DNA of 64,000 nucleotides from Vitrella brassicaformis CCMP3155 (Eukaryota; Protista; Chromerida): the NCBI GenBank assembly GCA_001179505.1, contig CDMY01000964.1, positions 124,001 to 188,000 on the forward strand, read 5' to 3'. Made by a program: the position numbers and the translations under genes. The notes below the pieces were generated by a model. That model was not told where the DNA came from. It saw nothing but the letters and a program-made list of their open reading frames with translations, and did no database searches. Below are positions 11,974 through 25,200 of this stretch, piece by piece. The stretch's first letter is position 1. Every line of letters begins with the position of its first letter.

Positions 11974-14044
11974 GCCACGCCCTCCAGACACACACGCCTG
12001 TGTGTGTTCGTGGCTGGAATGAGCAGCAAGTTGGGATTGCCCCAGCCCAACTTCACCGAGGAGCAGCGGGGCTCGGGGGCAGTGCGGCTTATCGGCACCG
12101 TCGGCAGGGCCGTCGGAGTCGTTGTTGGTACGCCCCGAACACACACACATACACGCCCAACAAACTGCACCGCAACCACCTCATTGGTCCATCCATATGC
12201 GTGTGGATTGGGTGTGTTGTGTCATCATACTCGTGTGCTGTGCTGTGCTGTGCTGTGCTGTGCAGGCTGTGTGATGGGCATGACGAGTCTGTTGTTCATG
12301 GACTTGGAGAAGACGGAGCTCTTGAAGCGGCAGGCCGAGCTAGAGACCATCTTCTCGACCGTCATCAAGAGCGCCGAGCGGCTCATCAAAGCCAACTGCG
12401 TCCTCTACCTCAGGGGTACGCGCCCACCCACACACACACATACACATACGTGGTTGAGACGGGCGCAATCATCCCTGTCCAATCATGGCAGATGAGCTGA
12501 ACCAGGTCTGGATAGAGTATCGCCCAGTGGTTCGGCCCAGCAACGCTACAGCAGCTAGCAGCAGCGGCAGCAAGACCCCCCTCGCACAGTCCCAATCCCT
12601 CCCCCTCTCCCCCTCCACCGCCACGTCAGAAGACATCCCCCCGGCCCCCTCGCCCTTTCTGGCTCTGAGCCTGCCCCCGTTCCCCCTCCCCTCGTTGAGG
12701 TGGTTCTCCCTCTCGTCGCTGTTTCCCTTCTCTCGGTCGAGCTACTCGCAGAGCGCGGCGTCGGTCGAGCAGTCATCTGACGGCAAGAGGGAGAGTGCTG
12801 CTGGTGGTGGTGGTGGGACGGGCATCCTTGGTTGGCGGGGTGAGGGGCGGAGCAAGAAGAAGGGCGCGGAGGGGCCGCGGCAGATACCATTTGTCGACAC
12901 GGAGGGAGGGGTCATTGAGTACACCTATCAGCAGAAAAAGGTGGGCTGTATAAAGCACATGGATGGATGGATGTGTGTGTGTGTGTGTGTGTGTGTGCAG
13001 CCTGTGATCATCGGCCAGAAGCGTTGGACCAAGGAGAGGAGGTTCCAGCTGGAGAGCTCCATCAAGTCGCTCCTCTGCTACCCCGTGTTCGACGACGCCG
13101 ACCCGTCCAAAGTCATCGGCGTGATACAGTTCAGCAACAAGCGCAACACAGACACCGGAGAGACCATCAATTTCAAGCGGTACGCAAGGCAATGCAGGCA
13201 GGGAGAGAGGGATCGGTGTGGATGGAATGTGTGTGTGTATGCGTGTGTGTGTGTGTGTGTGCAGGGACGACGAGAAGCTGGCCAAAATGTTGAGTGAGCA
13301 TCTGTCGCTCTATGTCGCTCTAGCCACACACCACCAACACACCGTAAGCACACACACACACACACACATCCAGGAAGACCTCTCCCTCCCTCCCTCCCTC
13401 CCCCACACCACACACTCACACCATGCCATGTGTGTCCTCACTTGAACGAACAGGAAACCGACGAGCGCACCGACCCGATCATCAACGAAGCCTGGGTGAC
13501 CCCTCTCGAGGACAACCTCTTCCGCGACCCATTCTCCTCACCCACAGCAGTCGATGCACGCGTGGCCCTCTCTGTCTCATCCCCCGCTGCGCCCCCCTCC
13601 CCGTCAGCGGCCACAGCCGCCACCAAGGAGGCCGTCAAGGAGCTGTCGACCAAGGTGACACAGAAGACGCGGGAGCTGATGAACAGTGTCAAGGAGAAGG
13701 TGCGCCTGCCGGCCAGTGACCTCTCCCACCCGCCGCCCATGTCCGACGGCCCGTGTGTGATGCTCTCTCTGGGGTCGGACAGCAGCAGGAGCAGCACCAG
13801 CACCACCACCAGCGGCAGCACGACCACGAGCGTGAGCCCCGTTTCCTCTAGTGCTGCTCACGCTGGCAGTGGTGCTGCTGGTGGTGGTGGTCATGACGGC
13901 CATGCGGGTTCGTTGCTGGCTGCTGCCACCACTTCTGAGGGCATGGTTGACCACAGCCACAACCAAGAGGGCGCGAAGGGACACGATGCGTGTGATGCGG
14001 CGGGGAGCGGAGGAGGGGCCGAACGGAAGTCGGGCGAAGACTAG
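11148..14044 (+). CDS. TMEM65: TMEM65 domain fused to a C-terminal GAF domain
   Basis: TMEM65: NAAVPMVGFGWMDNTVMIQAGEMVDTTIG|VTFGLSTLTAAAFGQVFSDVSG, GVVV|GCVMGMTSLLF. GAF: ELETIFSTVIKSAERLIKANCVLYLR|DE ... IKSLLCYPVF...VIGVIQFSNK...F..DDEKL. The exons linking the two domains are in phase. Confidence 0.85.
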
Positions 14045-16223
14045 CTGGCTTGATTGGATGAGGGAGGGAGGAGTGGCGGGGTGGTGGGTGGATGGATGGA
14101 TGGATGTGTGTGCGTGGTGCCCTAGTTGACGTGTCTGCCTGCCTGCCTGCCTGCCTCCCTGCCTGTGAGAGTGTGTTCTTCTCTTCTGCTGTGTGGTGTA
14201 TGTTATGTAACTCTCTCTCTCTTCTTATCTCTCTGCATAGCTATACCTGCCTGCCTAACGTCAGTAACATATACAGGTGTCTGTGTGTGTGTGTGTGTGT
14301 GTGTACGGCCCCGTAACATACTCTTCCTTCCTGGCTTCATTCCGTCCCTTCATGTGTGCAGCAAGAATTGGTGCCTGCCACCAGGGCGCGGCGCCCCAGC
14401 CAGCCCGTCGCTGTCTATTACTCCCCTCCCCTCCTCCCTCCCTCCCTCCCTCCCTCTTGTCTCATAGTCACCCGAATGCCCCTGACACAGTGATGGTTGG
14501 CCGGTGGGGGGGTGGGTGGGTGGGTGGGTGAGAGACAGAGTGAGAGAGAGGGTGCCTTCGTGCATTCTTGGTTTGTTGGTTCGTTCGTTCCTTCATTCAT
14601 ACCATTCCCCGTGTGCAGGTGAGTGAGTGAGTGGGTGGGTGCGTGAGCAGATACAATGACCGACCGACCGACCGACCGACCTGCCGTCTTGCTGTCCTGA
14701 CTGACACACGCACACATGGATGGATGGATGGATGTAGGGATGGACACACACGCAGGGTTGATTTTGACCTACCTTCATGTCTGTGTGTGTGACGATCTAT
14801 CTATCTATCTTCCTTCCGCCCGCGCTATAGTCACACACACACACACACACGCACACCCTCACATCACACAACACACACGATCAGTTTTGTCGCCCATCCA
14901 TCCACCCACCTACGCGATTCTCTCTCTCCATCTGTATGTCTGTGTGTCTGCCTGTAGCTTTACGTCCGTCCTGCGATCGATCAGGGCCTGGCCTGATCTG
15001 GGCGAGGGGGCTCCCGGCCTCTTTATCGGTTGGTTGCTATGTGTGTGTGGACGTGTGTCTCACCATCTCACTCACTCACTCATCCACCCGTTTCTCGTGC
15101 CGCTAGCTATGCTGTGAAGGGCTCCATCAAGTGGGGCGCAATGGGCACTGCAACGCACTGCAAGCGAGCCACTCCATCTTTTTAAAGGCTATGATTGCAT
15201 GCTTGATTACCGGACCGGGCCACAGAGAGAGAGGAGTGTGTTTGTGGGGTGGGGAGAGAGGCTCCTGTCTCGCAGGGAGGGAGGGAGGGTTGGGGAGCAT
15301 TCGTGGGTGTTTCTGCTGACGCGCACTCCATCCATCCACTCACCATTCGCCACACACACGCTCACACAGAGACATTAGCGGCCATTCGCCAAGCACAAAA
15401 TGCGTCCTCACGCTCTCACTGCTGCTTCCCATTCATTGACTCGCCTGCCTTACCTGCCCATGCCAGCCAGCCAGCCAGCCAGCCATTTTCTGCCCCTTGT
15501 TGTCTCTCTGTCTGTCTAGCTATACATCTCAAGTGTCTCTGTCTGCCTCATTGTCTGACTGTCTGTCTGTCTGTCTGCCACGGGGGGGCACCTCTTTTTC
15601 TCTTTATGAGAGGGAGCGCAGGGAGCGATCTGGTGCAATACGTATATCTGATGATGGTGGCGAACACGGCAACGCCCGGCCTGTCTACAAACCTGTTTGA
15701 CATGAGTGCGTGTGTGTGTGTGTGTGCGAGTGACAATCCATCCATCCATCCATCCACCGTGTGTTGGCTGCCAGCTGTTTGATGGTGTGACGACTGACTG
15801 ACTCACTGACTGACTGACGAGCACAGAACGATCAAGTTTTGCGCGGTTTTGGCGAGGACATGACATGACATCACATGCAGGGTTGCGGTGCATTCTATGG
15901 GGGTGGGAGCGGGCGGAGCGTGGCGCGGTGTGGACATGGCTGGCATATGACTGACAGGCATGGCATGCAAGGGGTGAGACCTATCTACCTCCCTCCAAAG
16001 CTCGTTTTGAAACACCAACTTTCTGTCCAGAGTTTACTCGTTGATAGATTTGCATGCAGAGTTGGTGCCCCCACACCACGCCCATAAGTCCCTCAACCCC
16101 CTTTGGCAATGTGTCGGTCCCTCGCCTACGTCGCCTTCGCACTGAAGCTCCTGTCAACCACACTTGCCGTCTTCCCCTGACGGACATCGTCCGCACAGGC
16201 CGCAATATACCGACCGACCTGCA

Positions 16224-19200
16224 ATGATGAGCAGCGTTTTGGCTGTCTGCCCCCTGCTGGTTCTCGCCAACTGTTTGCAAGCAGCTGTTGCCCTGGACGA
16301 CAACTCGCCCGCGCGCGCCAAGCCACACACACACGAGCCGCCTTAAAATGACAGCACCAGCAGCTGCTGCTGCCGCGCGGATCTTCGTTGACGTGACCGG
16401 CGCAGGGCCGGGGATGGCCGTTCCAGCGTCGGTGGTCGCAAGAAACACCAACACCAGCAGTGCGACAAGCAGAGGGGGAGGGGGGCAATCCAAAGCAGAA
16501 GGAGGCAAGACCAACAGGGTGACGCGAGAGATCACGAGCAAAGAGAGGCCCGCCGAAGACAAGAAAGGCCTCCATGGTGGGGCGGGGGCGTCCCTTGCCC
16601 AGACAAGTGCAAAGGCATCGCAGCTCAACAAGACTGTAATGACGCCAATGCCAGAAGGTGGCTCTGGTCCCGCTGCAGGACGGCAGACGTACCTGCCGTC
16701 GTTTGCATGGGAGTCCTTCTTCTCGCCATCAACAACACAAACTGGGGGGCAGGCAGCGCGTGAGATGAGGGACAAGGAGGGGGTGGCTTTCATCCAGAAC
16801 ACCACTGGCTCGAACAATACAGGTAGGCGACAAGGGCGAGTTACGTTACAGCTGTCAATGGACAAGCAGCCCGACACATCTGAGACACGCACAGACAATT
16901 GATTGCATCGACCGATCGATTGTGTGCATATACAGGGTATCGTGCTGATAGCCAGCAAGAAGATCCCACAGAGCCAAGAACGCCTTCCAACCCAACCACA
17001 GGTGCGGCTGGCTATCCATCCAACGTATGCATGGACGAATGGAATGAGTGCATTCAGCCCAGCCGATCCCTCCTGCTTCTCTCTCTGCTCATCTTATCAT
17101 CTTCATTTCAGAGCAGCACTACTGCGTGTTCTTCGTCAACCGCTGGAATCACGCCGGGCCACACACCGACAAGAACCAGAAGTACTACGCCAGTCAATAC
17201 AGAACAGCCTCGGGTGCCTTCTCCCCCACACCCACATCGGGGTGCGCCAAAGACCCCGTCCCCCAGTTCCCCCCAGCAGAGAACGGAGGGCGGGCGCCCA
17301 CGCCCTTCACGTGTGGGTGTGAGGAGACACGAGGGTACGAGGACTATGAGGGGCAGGAGACGCCGTTTGTGCGGACGGCGTCTCATTTTGATGTGGCCAA
17401 CCCATGGAGGAGGGACACAAGGGACATCGGCTGGCAGCCCGACACAGCGGGTTCCAGAAAGGAGGTGGGGTGAAAGAGAGGGCAGGGCGGGGCAGGCGCA
17501 TGAGATACGGGGGTGAGAGGCTGATTGGTGGGTTGCGTTGTTGGCATGGCAGGCTCGGGCGTTGATGGCCATGAAGGTCCGTGTGTATGTGCCCTTTGAC
17601 GAGACGCGATTCACGGGGTGAGTGAGTGAGCCAGAGGCATGAATGAATGAGGTGCATCATATCCATTAGTGGCAAGTGAACACACGTGTGTGCGTGTATT
17701 TGTGTCATGGTCAAGTTGCGAGGATATGCAGAATCATATGCGGTCGCCGGTCAATGCGAGAAGCTCAGAGGGCTACGTCATCCCGCCAGAGAACTACCTG
17801 GCCACTCTGCTGGGTACGTGTGGAAGATGCATTGCATTCAAGAGTCTTATTTCCGTTTCTTTCCTCTCTCATCGCATACGTGTGTAGATCTGGAAGGCGG
17901 CCCTTATGAGTGGGCAAATGGCGACATCGGGGAGATTTGCATCGACGGCAAATGGCAAGAAAGTGAGGGAGGCCTGGGCCAGACAGACAATCGCACATAC
18001 ATGTCACGGGCATACATATCTGATGCATTCATTCAGCACACCTCTTCCTGGGTCAGGGCCACGGGTCCTACGCCAGCCGGCCATTCAATCGCTGCCTGCA
18101 CGTCACGCCCGCATACGCTACACACACATCGGACATAGAGGATATCCCCGCAGACCCACACATCACACACGGCCTCCTGCAGCCGTCAGACGCACTCCGC
18201 TTCAGCTCTCTGTGTGTGAGGGCGCCGAATGGCCTATATCGACGGCAGCTGGTGTCTGAGGGGCTGCTATACGGGCCGGCTTGGAGGAAACCTGAGCGGT
18301 ATCGTGGATGCGACAGGGATTTGTGGACGAGCCGATGGGGGGAGGATCTATATGTGAGGTTCGTGAAGAGTGCTAATGTGGTGATGGGGGAGGGCAAGAC
18401 GCCGTTCCGGATATCACGATGGAGTGAGGTGGCGAGATCGGTTGCAACGACCACAGAGCCGGGTAGCACGCGCACGCCGGCAGCCAGGCACCTGCCTTAT
18501 CTGAAACTGGCTGGCCCGTATGTTTGTGTGCAGAGTCCCCCTCCCTGCGTCTGCACTCCATTTTGGTGGAGTTCACGGACCACGCCGGCCAGCCGCAGAG
18601 AGAGTGCGTCGTCATGAAGACTTCCACGACCGTCCGCCTCCCCACCGGCCCCGAATCAAAGCTCCCAGCAGACAGAGAGCTGGAGTGGTATGTCTCCAAC
18701 GATTGCGGCGCCAACAAAGGTTTCGGTGGGGGGATTGTGGGCGTGTTGACAGCCTTCAGACAGGGGATGACCGCTGGGGAGGCCGGTGCCGTGGAGGGGA
18801 GATATCGCGTGATGACTTCTGCCAACTGCCCATCTCCTGGCGTGAGCAGCGTGGATGCACCGAACGGTACGCATCCAATCAATCCGCCAGAAAAAACAAG
18901 AACGAGACTCCACCGTTTTTGCCATCCGTCATTCAGGGGTCTCACCGTGCGTCGACATGCTTACATGGCTGGGGTGCACCCCGCCCTACCGTCTGCTCGA
19001 CGACCGGCGCTTCGACACTCACACCTGCGACAAAGACAGCGTGGCCAACCCCATAGTCCCGCCGCATCACGCCTTCACGGACCGCTTCCAGCAAGAGGGC
19101 ATGGGAGAGATCAGCGGCCTAGGGCTGCGGAGAGACATGAGCTGTGGCGTGTGGATATTCCACGGAGCCAAACACTGTGCTGTCGTTATGAGAGCCACGC

Positions 19201-22200
19201 TCTACGTATGTGAGCAGAAAAGGAGGCAGGGAGGGAGGATGGCGACTCTTTTTTCTGCTCAGGGAGGGTGTGGCCTCGGACCGCGAGGGAGGTACCACGT
19301 GTACTGCCCAGAAGCGACGACAGTAAAGATAGACCAGCCCCCGTGGCGACTGACCGAGGACGAGCCGATATGCCAACACGCCCCGGACAAGCCAGAAGGA
19401 GATGCGTGTGAGCACACGTCAGCGCAATCAATGTTTGCGAAGGCGAGGCCCTCTGGCTTGTCTGTGCAACTGAAACCCTAGGTGAGGTGTCGGCACTCCA
19501 GGACGACCTTACAGCGGAGTTTGGACCCAGCCAGTACTACCTCGATGGCAACTGGGAGGCTGCGGAATTGGGCGGCAAGGCAAAGCACCTTTATCGCGTG
19601 CTCAAAAGATGCAGGATGGAGGAGTGCCGTAAGAGACAGAGACAGAGACACGCTACATCCTCTCTTGAATCTTGTGTCGCGCCTTCTCTACCAGCGATGA
19701 ATGCGTATCGGGTTAGGGAGGCCATGAAGGGCCCGTGTGTGGTATCGCACCGCCTCGACGCCAACTGCGGGCCCGGCACACAGACATATATACCCGAGTG
19801 GGAGGTAGGAGACAGGGAAGGCGAACGGCCAAATGCAGACACGTCACTGATGGTTGTGTGTGTCCACAGGATGGTCGTGGTGGGGGAATTCTGATCGACG
19901 ATTTGAGGAGGGGCCACAAGCCGCCCGGGGTATGCCAGCAGGAGTACGAGACCCTCAAGGCAGAGTGGGATCACGACAACAGACAAGAGCCGTGCAACAA
20001 GGAATGCGGTATGCGACATCATGGGCCTTTGTCGTCGACGAATGGGCTCTCGCCGCCTCTGTTCAGAGAGGGAGGGCTGGTGTTTGTACGAAGTGTATAT
20101 GAAACAAAGCCCACATTTCCACCCCGACATCACCCCTTGCAAGGAGCTGCCCATCATTGCCATCATCATGAGGTCCGCTCTGTCGTTCATCTTTCTGTCA
20201 TTGTCTGATCCCTGTCTGTCTATCTTGCCTCGTGTCTCACTCTTGATGCAGTGGTGTGCAGGATATATCTCAGCAGGGCGGTAGCACAGTGCCCATCCCG
20301 CCGCCGGGACCAGATACTGGGCAGGGTAGAGGCAATCTGGAAATTCCTCTTGGCAATCAAAGGTGAGCGACAAGCCCATCTAGCAGGCAGGCACTGCTTT
20401 TGACCGTCTATGTCTGAAGCCCTCGATCAGAGATGGAATTGGAGGTCCATTCACGCTCTTCACGGGGCCTGTTCTGGCTCCCCCGCCGGCGGCGGACTGG
20501 TAGCAGTGCGTTCTTTCCCGAGCGAATGTACTACTGCGACAACTCTCTGCTCCTGCCGGACTTGCTCAAGTGCCTCAAGTGCCGCACCAGCCTCACCTAC
20601 AGTGGGTGTTGTGACAACCTGGAGATTTCCATGGGGTGAGTGGCTGCCACTCTATATGGGATGGATGTATCTATTTGTCTGTCTGTCGGTCCTCTTGTGG
20701 TTTTTCTTCTCAGGCAGTCCATTCATCTGGATGTTGTGACGCTGCCCGACTCCTCGGAGACGTATGTCTCGCTTCCCTGTCCGCCCAAGTACTGCCTGTC
20801 CCTGGCTGTCGATGGAGAGGAACACAAGAAGGCCATGGCACGCAACATCGACCCTCAAAGCGGCCGTCCCCTCTTCGATGACAAGCCCCTGTGGCAGCAG
20901 ATGAGCGACCGGGAGCAGCTCATCCAGACGTTCATGCGGGAAAACACTTCAGAGACAATCGACGTAAGAGAGTACATATATCAATGGATGACGGGCCATA
21001 CCACTTCTCTTGTGCAGAAGGATTCCTTCCACGGTCTGAGCTCCTCCGGCTTTGCGTCCCGTCTTTACGAGGAGGTGTATGCCGGCTTTGGCGTCCCAGC
21101 TGACCAGATCGATGACTACTTCAGGCGCGAGGCGTGCCGGCCGGGACGGCCATACTCATTCAGGCGGGGGTCTCTCATCCACGTCAAAACGACACGCGAC
21201 GGCTCGCAAGTGGACGTGTCGCGGGTGTACCGGAGTCAGCAGACTGAGCAAAAAACCGCTCATGGCGAAAGCTCGGCGCCACCTGTGGTTCTGCACCCGC
21301 CTCTTGTGCTGCATGACGACCGCTGGAACGTGTGCTTCGAAAGTGAGCGGAGAGAGGAGTGCTGGATTTGCTTTCCGTGCCTTCCTGTGAGTGTCTCTGT
21401 GTGTCTCTGTGTGTGTGCAGAGGTGGCCTGTGAGGGCAAGTATGAGGACGATGGTAAAGGGTGTCTGCCAAAAGTGGAGGGGCTGTATTATTGCGGACCC
21501 AAGGCAGGAGTGAGGACTAAGTTCCTCATCTACGGCGCAAGGGGAGACCCCGACAAGGGAGAGGGCGCACCCGTATGCTACACTTTCCACATTGTACACC
21601 GGATAGAGATGCACAGGTGCGCTGCCTGCCTGTCGTTCAGGGTTCGTATCGTGGAGTGTGTTTCGAGCCAGAGGGAAGCGATCGAATGCCGGACATCAAA
21701 CTGATCGACTGCAAAATCGACTGCAGTAAGTCAATGAGACACGGACACGTACGTGTACGTACGTGTGCGTGTCTGTCTGTCTGTCTGGTCAGCCCCTGGC
21801 CCGTTCTGCCAATACAGCTGGACGACAGAAAACGGATGCAGCTCGGTCACTGTATTCATGAGGTAGGGCTAGTTAGAGGACACAGACATAAGCGCATGTG
21901 ACACTGTGTGTCTGGTTTCTCTTGTATTTAGAGGTTTGAGAACAGTGCCTCGCCTGTCGGCCACCGGTGCGACGTCCACGTCAAACATCGTGTGTGACGT
22001 ACAGCAGATACCTCACAGGTAGACAGAGAGGACGCTCTGATGCTCATTGCCGACAACACTGTCACAGGAGACAACACCTGCAGATGGCTCTCAAGCTGCT
22101 CTCACGTTCGCACAACACACACAGACATGACAAAGCTTTCTCTACCGTTCCTTTCTGCTGTGCAGATCTTCCCACTGTGTTTGCGTCATCCGCCAAGAGC

Positions 22201-25200
22201 CCGTCACGCGATGCCATCCCCTGGCTCTTTCCCGAGACAGATTTGCAGGGCTACATCATGGCGATGTGTGACGACCAACTGGTACAGAGAGTCGACTATT
22301 GCCTCTATCGTGACGCATTGGTGCGTCGGTTGGCCGAGGAGCTAGCCGTCGATGCGTTAAAAGGGGGAGAGAAAGGGAAACAAGCAGCGGACTGTGTGAT
22401 TGAAAAGGCCGCCAGTCAAATCGTTTGGCCGGGTAACGATTGACTAATTGTCGCCTGTGTCACTCTCTTTTGTGCGTCTGGTCGTGTAGATGAGGACATG
22501 GAGATTCTTTCAGAGGTGCACGACAGCAAGAGGAACATCGATACAATTCAATACCGCCCCTCACCGAACTGGATGGAAGTCATCCCTGCCCGACCAGAGG
22601 AGAAAGCGTCATCCACACTACCCGACGGGCACTTTGCAAAACTGCTTAACGATGTCGCGGAGCGGACAAACAACACGGACGTCCAGCAGATGTCGCTCGA
22701 GTCATTCTACCTCGCTCTCCCGTAAACGGCTGAGGCATCACATGCATTGCTCCGTCACTCTGTTCTTCTTGTTCTTGGTTCAGCTATCACCGTGACCCAC
22801 CCAGTGGGCAGTCGTCTCGCTGCACCGCCCGGCACCGCGGGAGCTTCCTGCGCGTGCAGATACACATGCATGAAGGATCGGCCGATGGCACTCTCCCGCC
22901 TCATGTGACAATCACACCATACTTTCGGAAGTATCAGGAGCAGTTTGTCGCTGAGGGCTCGCCGGCGACGGAGCCGGTGGCGCTCACACGCCTCACATGG
23001 CCTAGGGGGGGAAGGAGGAATGGCGAGTGTGCTTCTACCGTGAGTCTGGAGGAGCGACGATGAAGACACGGACATTAATGTGTGTGTCTTTATCCACGAT
23101 CCCTTGTCCGCAGCGTATTTGTGTGGCGGCGTGATGTGGCAACGCAACACATCCCTCAGCGGCGCAGACGCACTTGACGATTACGACATCGACTGGTCGT
23201 CGCAGAGAACTTGGAGGATGGAGGTTGTTGAAAAAGACTGCAGGTACATGCCCGAAAGGGCAGACGAGTGTGGCCCACGGTCGAGAGTCCTCAGGAGAAC
23301 GCTGCACGATTCGGTACCGACATTGTAGCTGCTTGGTTGGTTGCCCACAGCGGCGTTCGTGGTGTGTGGCTGCGCGTTGTTCAGGTGTATCAGTGTGTGA
23401 ACAAGAGCATGGAATATCACGACATCAGGCGACGCAGATGCCTCTTCGACAGTAAGCACATCTGGCTGGGCGCCCTCACTGACTCACGCACCGCACACGG
23501 GTCGGGTCGATCTTTTGTCTGTCTATCTATGAAGGTCGCGTCTACAGCGAGGTGCCTGTGCCTGGCGGCCGTCCTTCTCCACTCCACCCGTCCACCATGG
23601 GACTGTTCTCTCCAGCAGACAACTACTACAAATGTCAAACACCATGCAGTGAGTATGCAACCGAACACCACCGGCACAACGAATTGAACATGAATGAGTT
23701 ATATGTCCTCTCCCTTCCATTCTGCCACTCACGCGCAGCTGAATGTCTTCTCGGTGATTGGGAGACGGTGGGCGGTGAGGATGGGAACAACCCTCCCAAA
23801 TGCGAGTACAACAGCGGGCGTCTCAAGTGCGGCAAGAAGGGGGGCTTGGCCGAGTACCAAAGAAGGCTTCTGTGCCGGATTTCACCCAGCCCCTGAATGG
23901 GAAAGAAAAATGCGTCCTGCCGAAAAAGACTGTGCCGTGCGGAAAGCCGTGCAGTGAGCGAAGGCCACACACAGACATAGCTGAAGAAAGGACCCACGTA
24001 CAAGCATTTGTCTGTCTGCTTTGTCGTCAGAGTACGAGGGCGCTTGGTGCAAGTACACGGTCAACATGCTGGCCGACTGTGACAGCAAGTGCTATCAAAT
24101 CATCATATTCCTCAGGTGTAAACCTTCAGGCAGGAAAGGAAACCCAGCATGGAATGACATCTTCTGTGGATGCATCGTAGAGGCGTGCTGCCGGAGGGTT
24201 CTGAGGACTGGAGGCAGACTGTGTGTGAGGGACTGCCGGACAGAGGCTACAAGATAGGCACCGTACTCAGGAGCCTCATTGGTGCACCATAGAGACGCAT
24301 CCACAAACACATCCCGCGATATCTCCTTCTATTCGTCCAACCACTTCAGATCTGGATGAGCAGTGGACATCCATTGCCTCCCAGCATTCCTTCAGAGTGA
24401 CTACCCTCTTCCTGACCGAGGACACCCAGTGCCATGACCACGTGCTGCGGAACGCCAGCATTGACAAGGATAGCTACCTCATCGACCACACCATGCTCGA
24501 GGCGGTCGTGTGCCGCGACAGATACAGAATGGGCGTGGAGTTCGCACTCGTGCAGGAGCCAATAGCGAATGAGACGTATTGGGCCTCGCTCATTCATCGA
24601 ATTGAGGGACCTTTTGAGGGAACAGCCACATTTATCGGTGGGCCCGATGAGGCTTGGCACATCACACTCCATGTCTGTCTTCTACAGGTACAGGGGAGAC
24701 AGGCAGCCCTCCAATGGATCACTCGATCGTCTTCGGTGGGCCTATGGCGTACAATGGTCGCAGCTACTATCTCAAGCCGCGAGTCGAGCAGACGAACAAC
24801 CCAGCCGTCATCAAGCTGAGACCACAGCAGCAGCCAAGGCTGGTCGAGGACCTTGGGAAATTCGCCGAAGAGCTGGAAAGTAAGTGAGCAGAAGAGGGCA
24901 GCAAGCACACACAATCAGCTGTCTCCCTCGTATCTGCCTGCAGCGATTTTCGTGGGTGGGATGGACATTTCCGGCACATGTCAGGGTGTCGCACACACCC
25001 AGCGGATCTCATCCTTTGCCCACCTCCATCTCACATTCAACAAGGCTTCACGAGTGGCGTCGTTTGCCGTCCGGCAGCTCTACCACGACCATCAGATGGA
25101 CGAGAGCCTCGTCACAGAGGGCGCGTGGCCCCATCCGAAAGCGCCCTGGGGGAAGGACGACCAGCCGTGGGGTGACCCGCTCGGCCAGCGGCCCCACAAC

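Noticed and set aside
14045-16200. Numerous short ORFs downstream of TMEM65-GAF
   Set aside because: Dominated by (GAGT)n, (CCAT)n, (GACC)n and (TG)n tracts; no protein-like signal.
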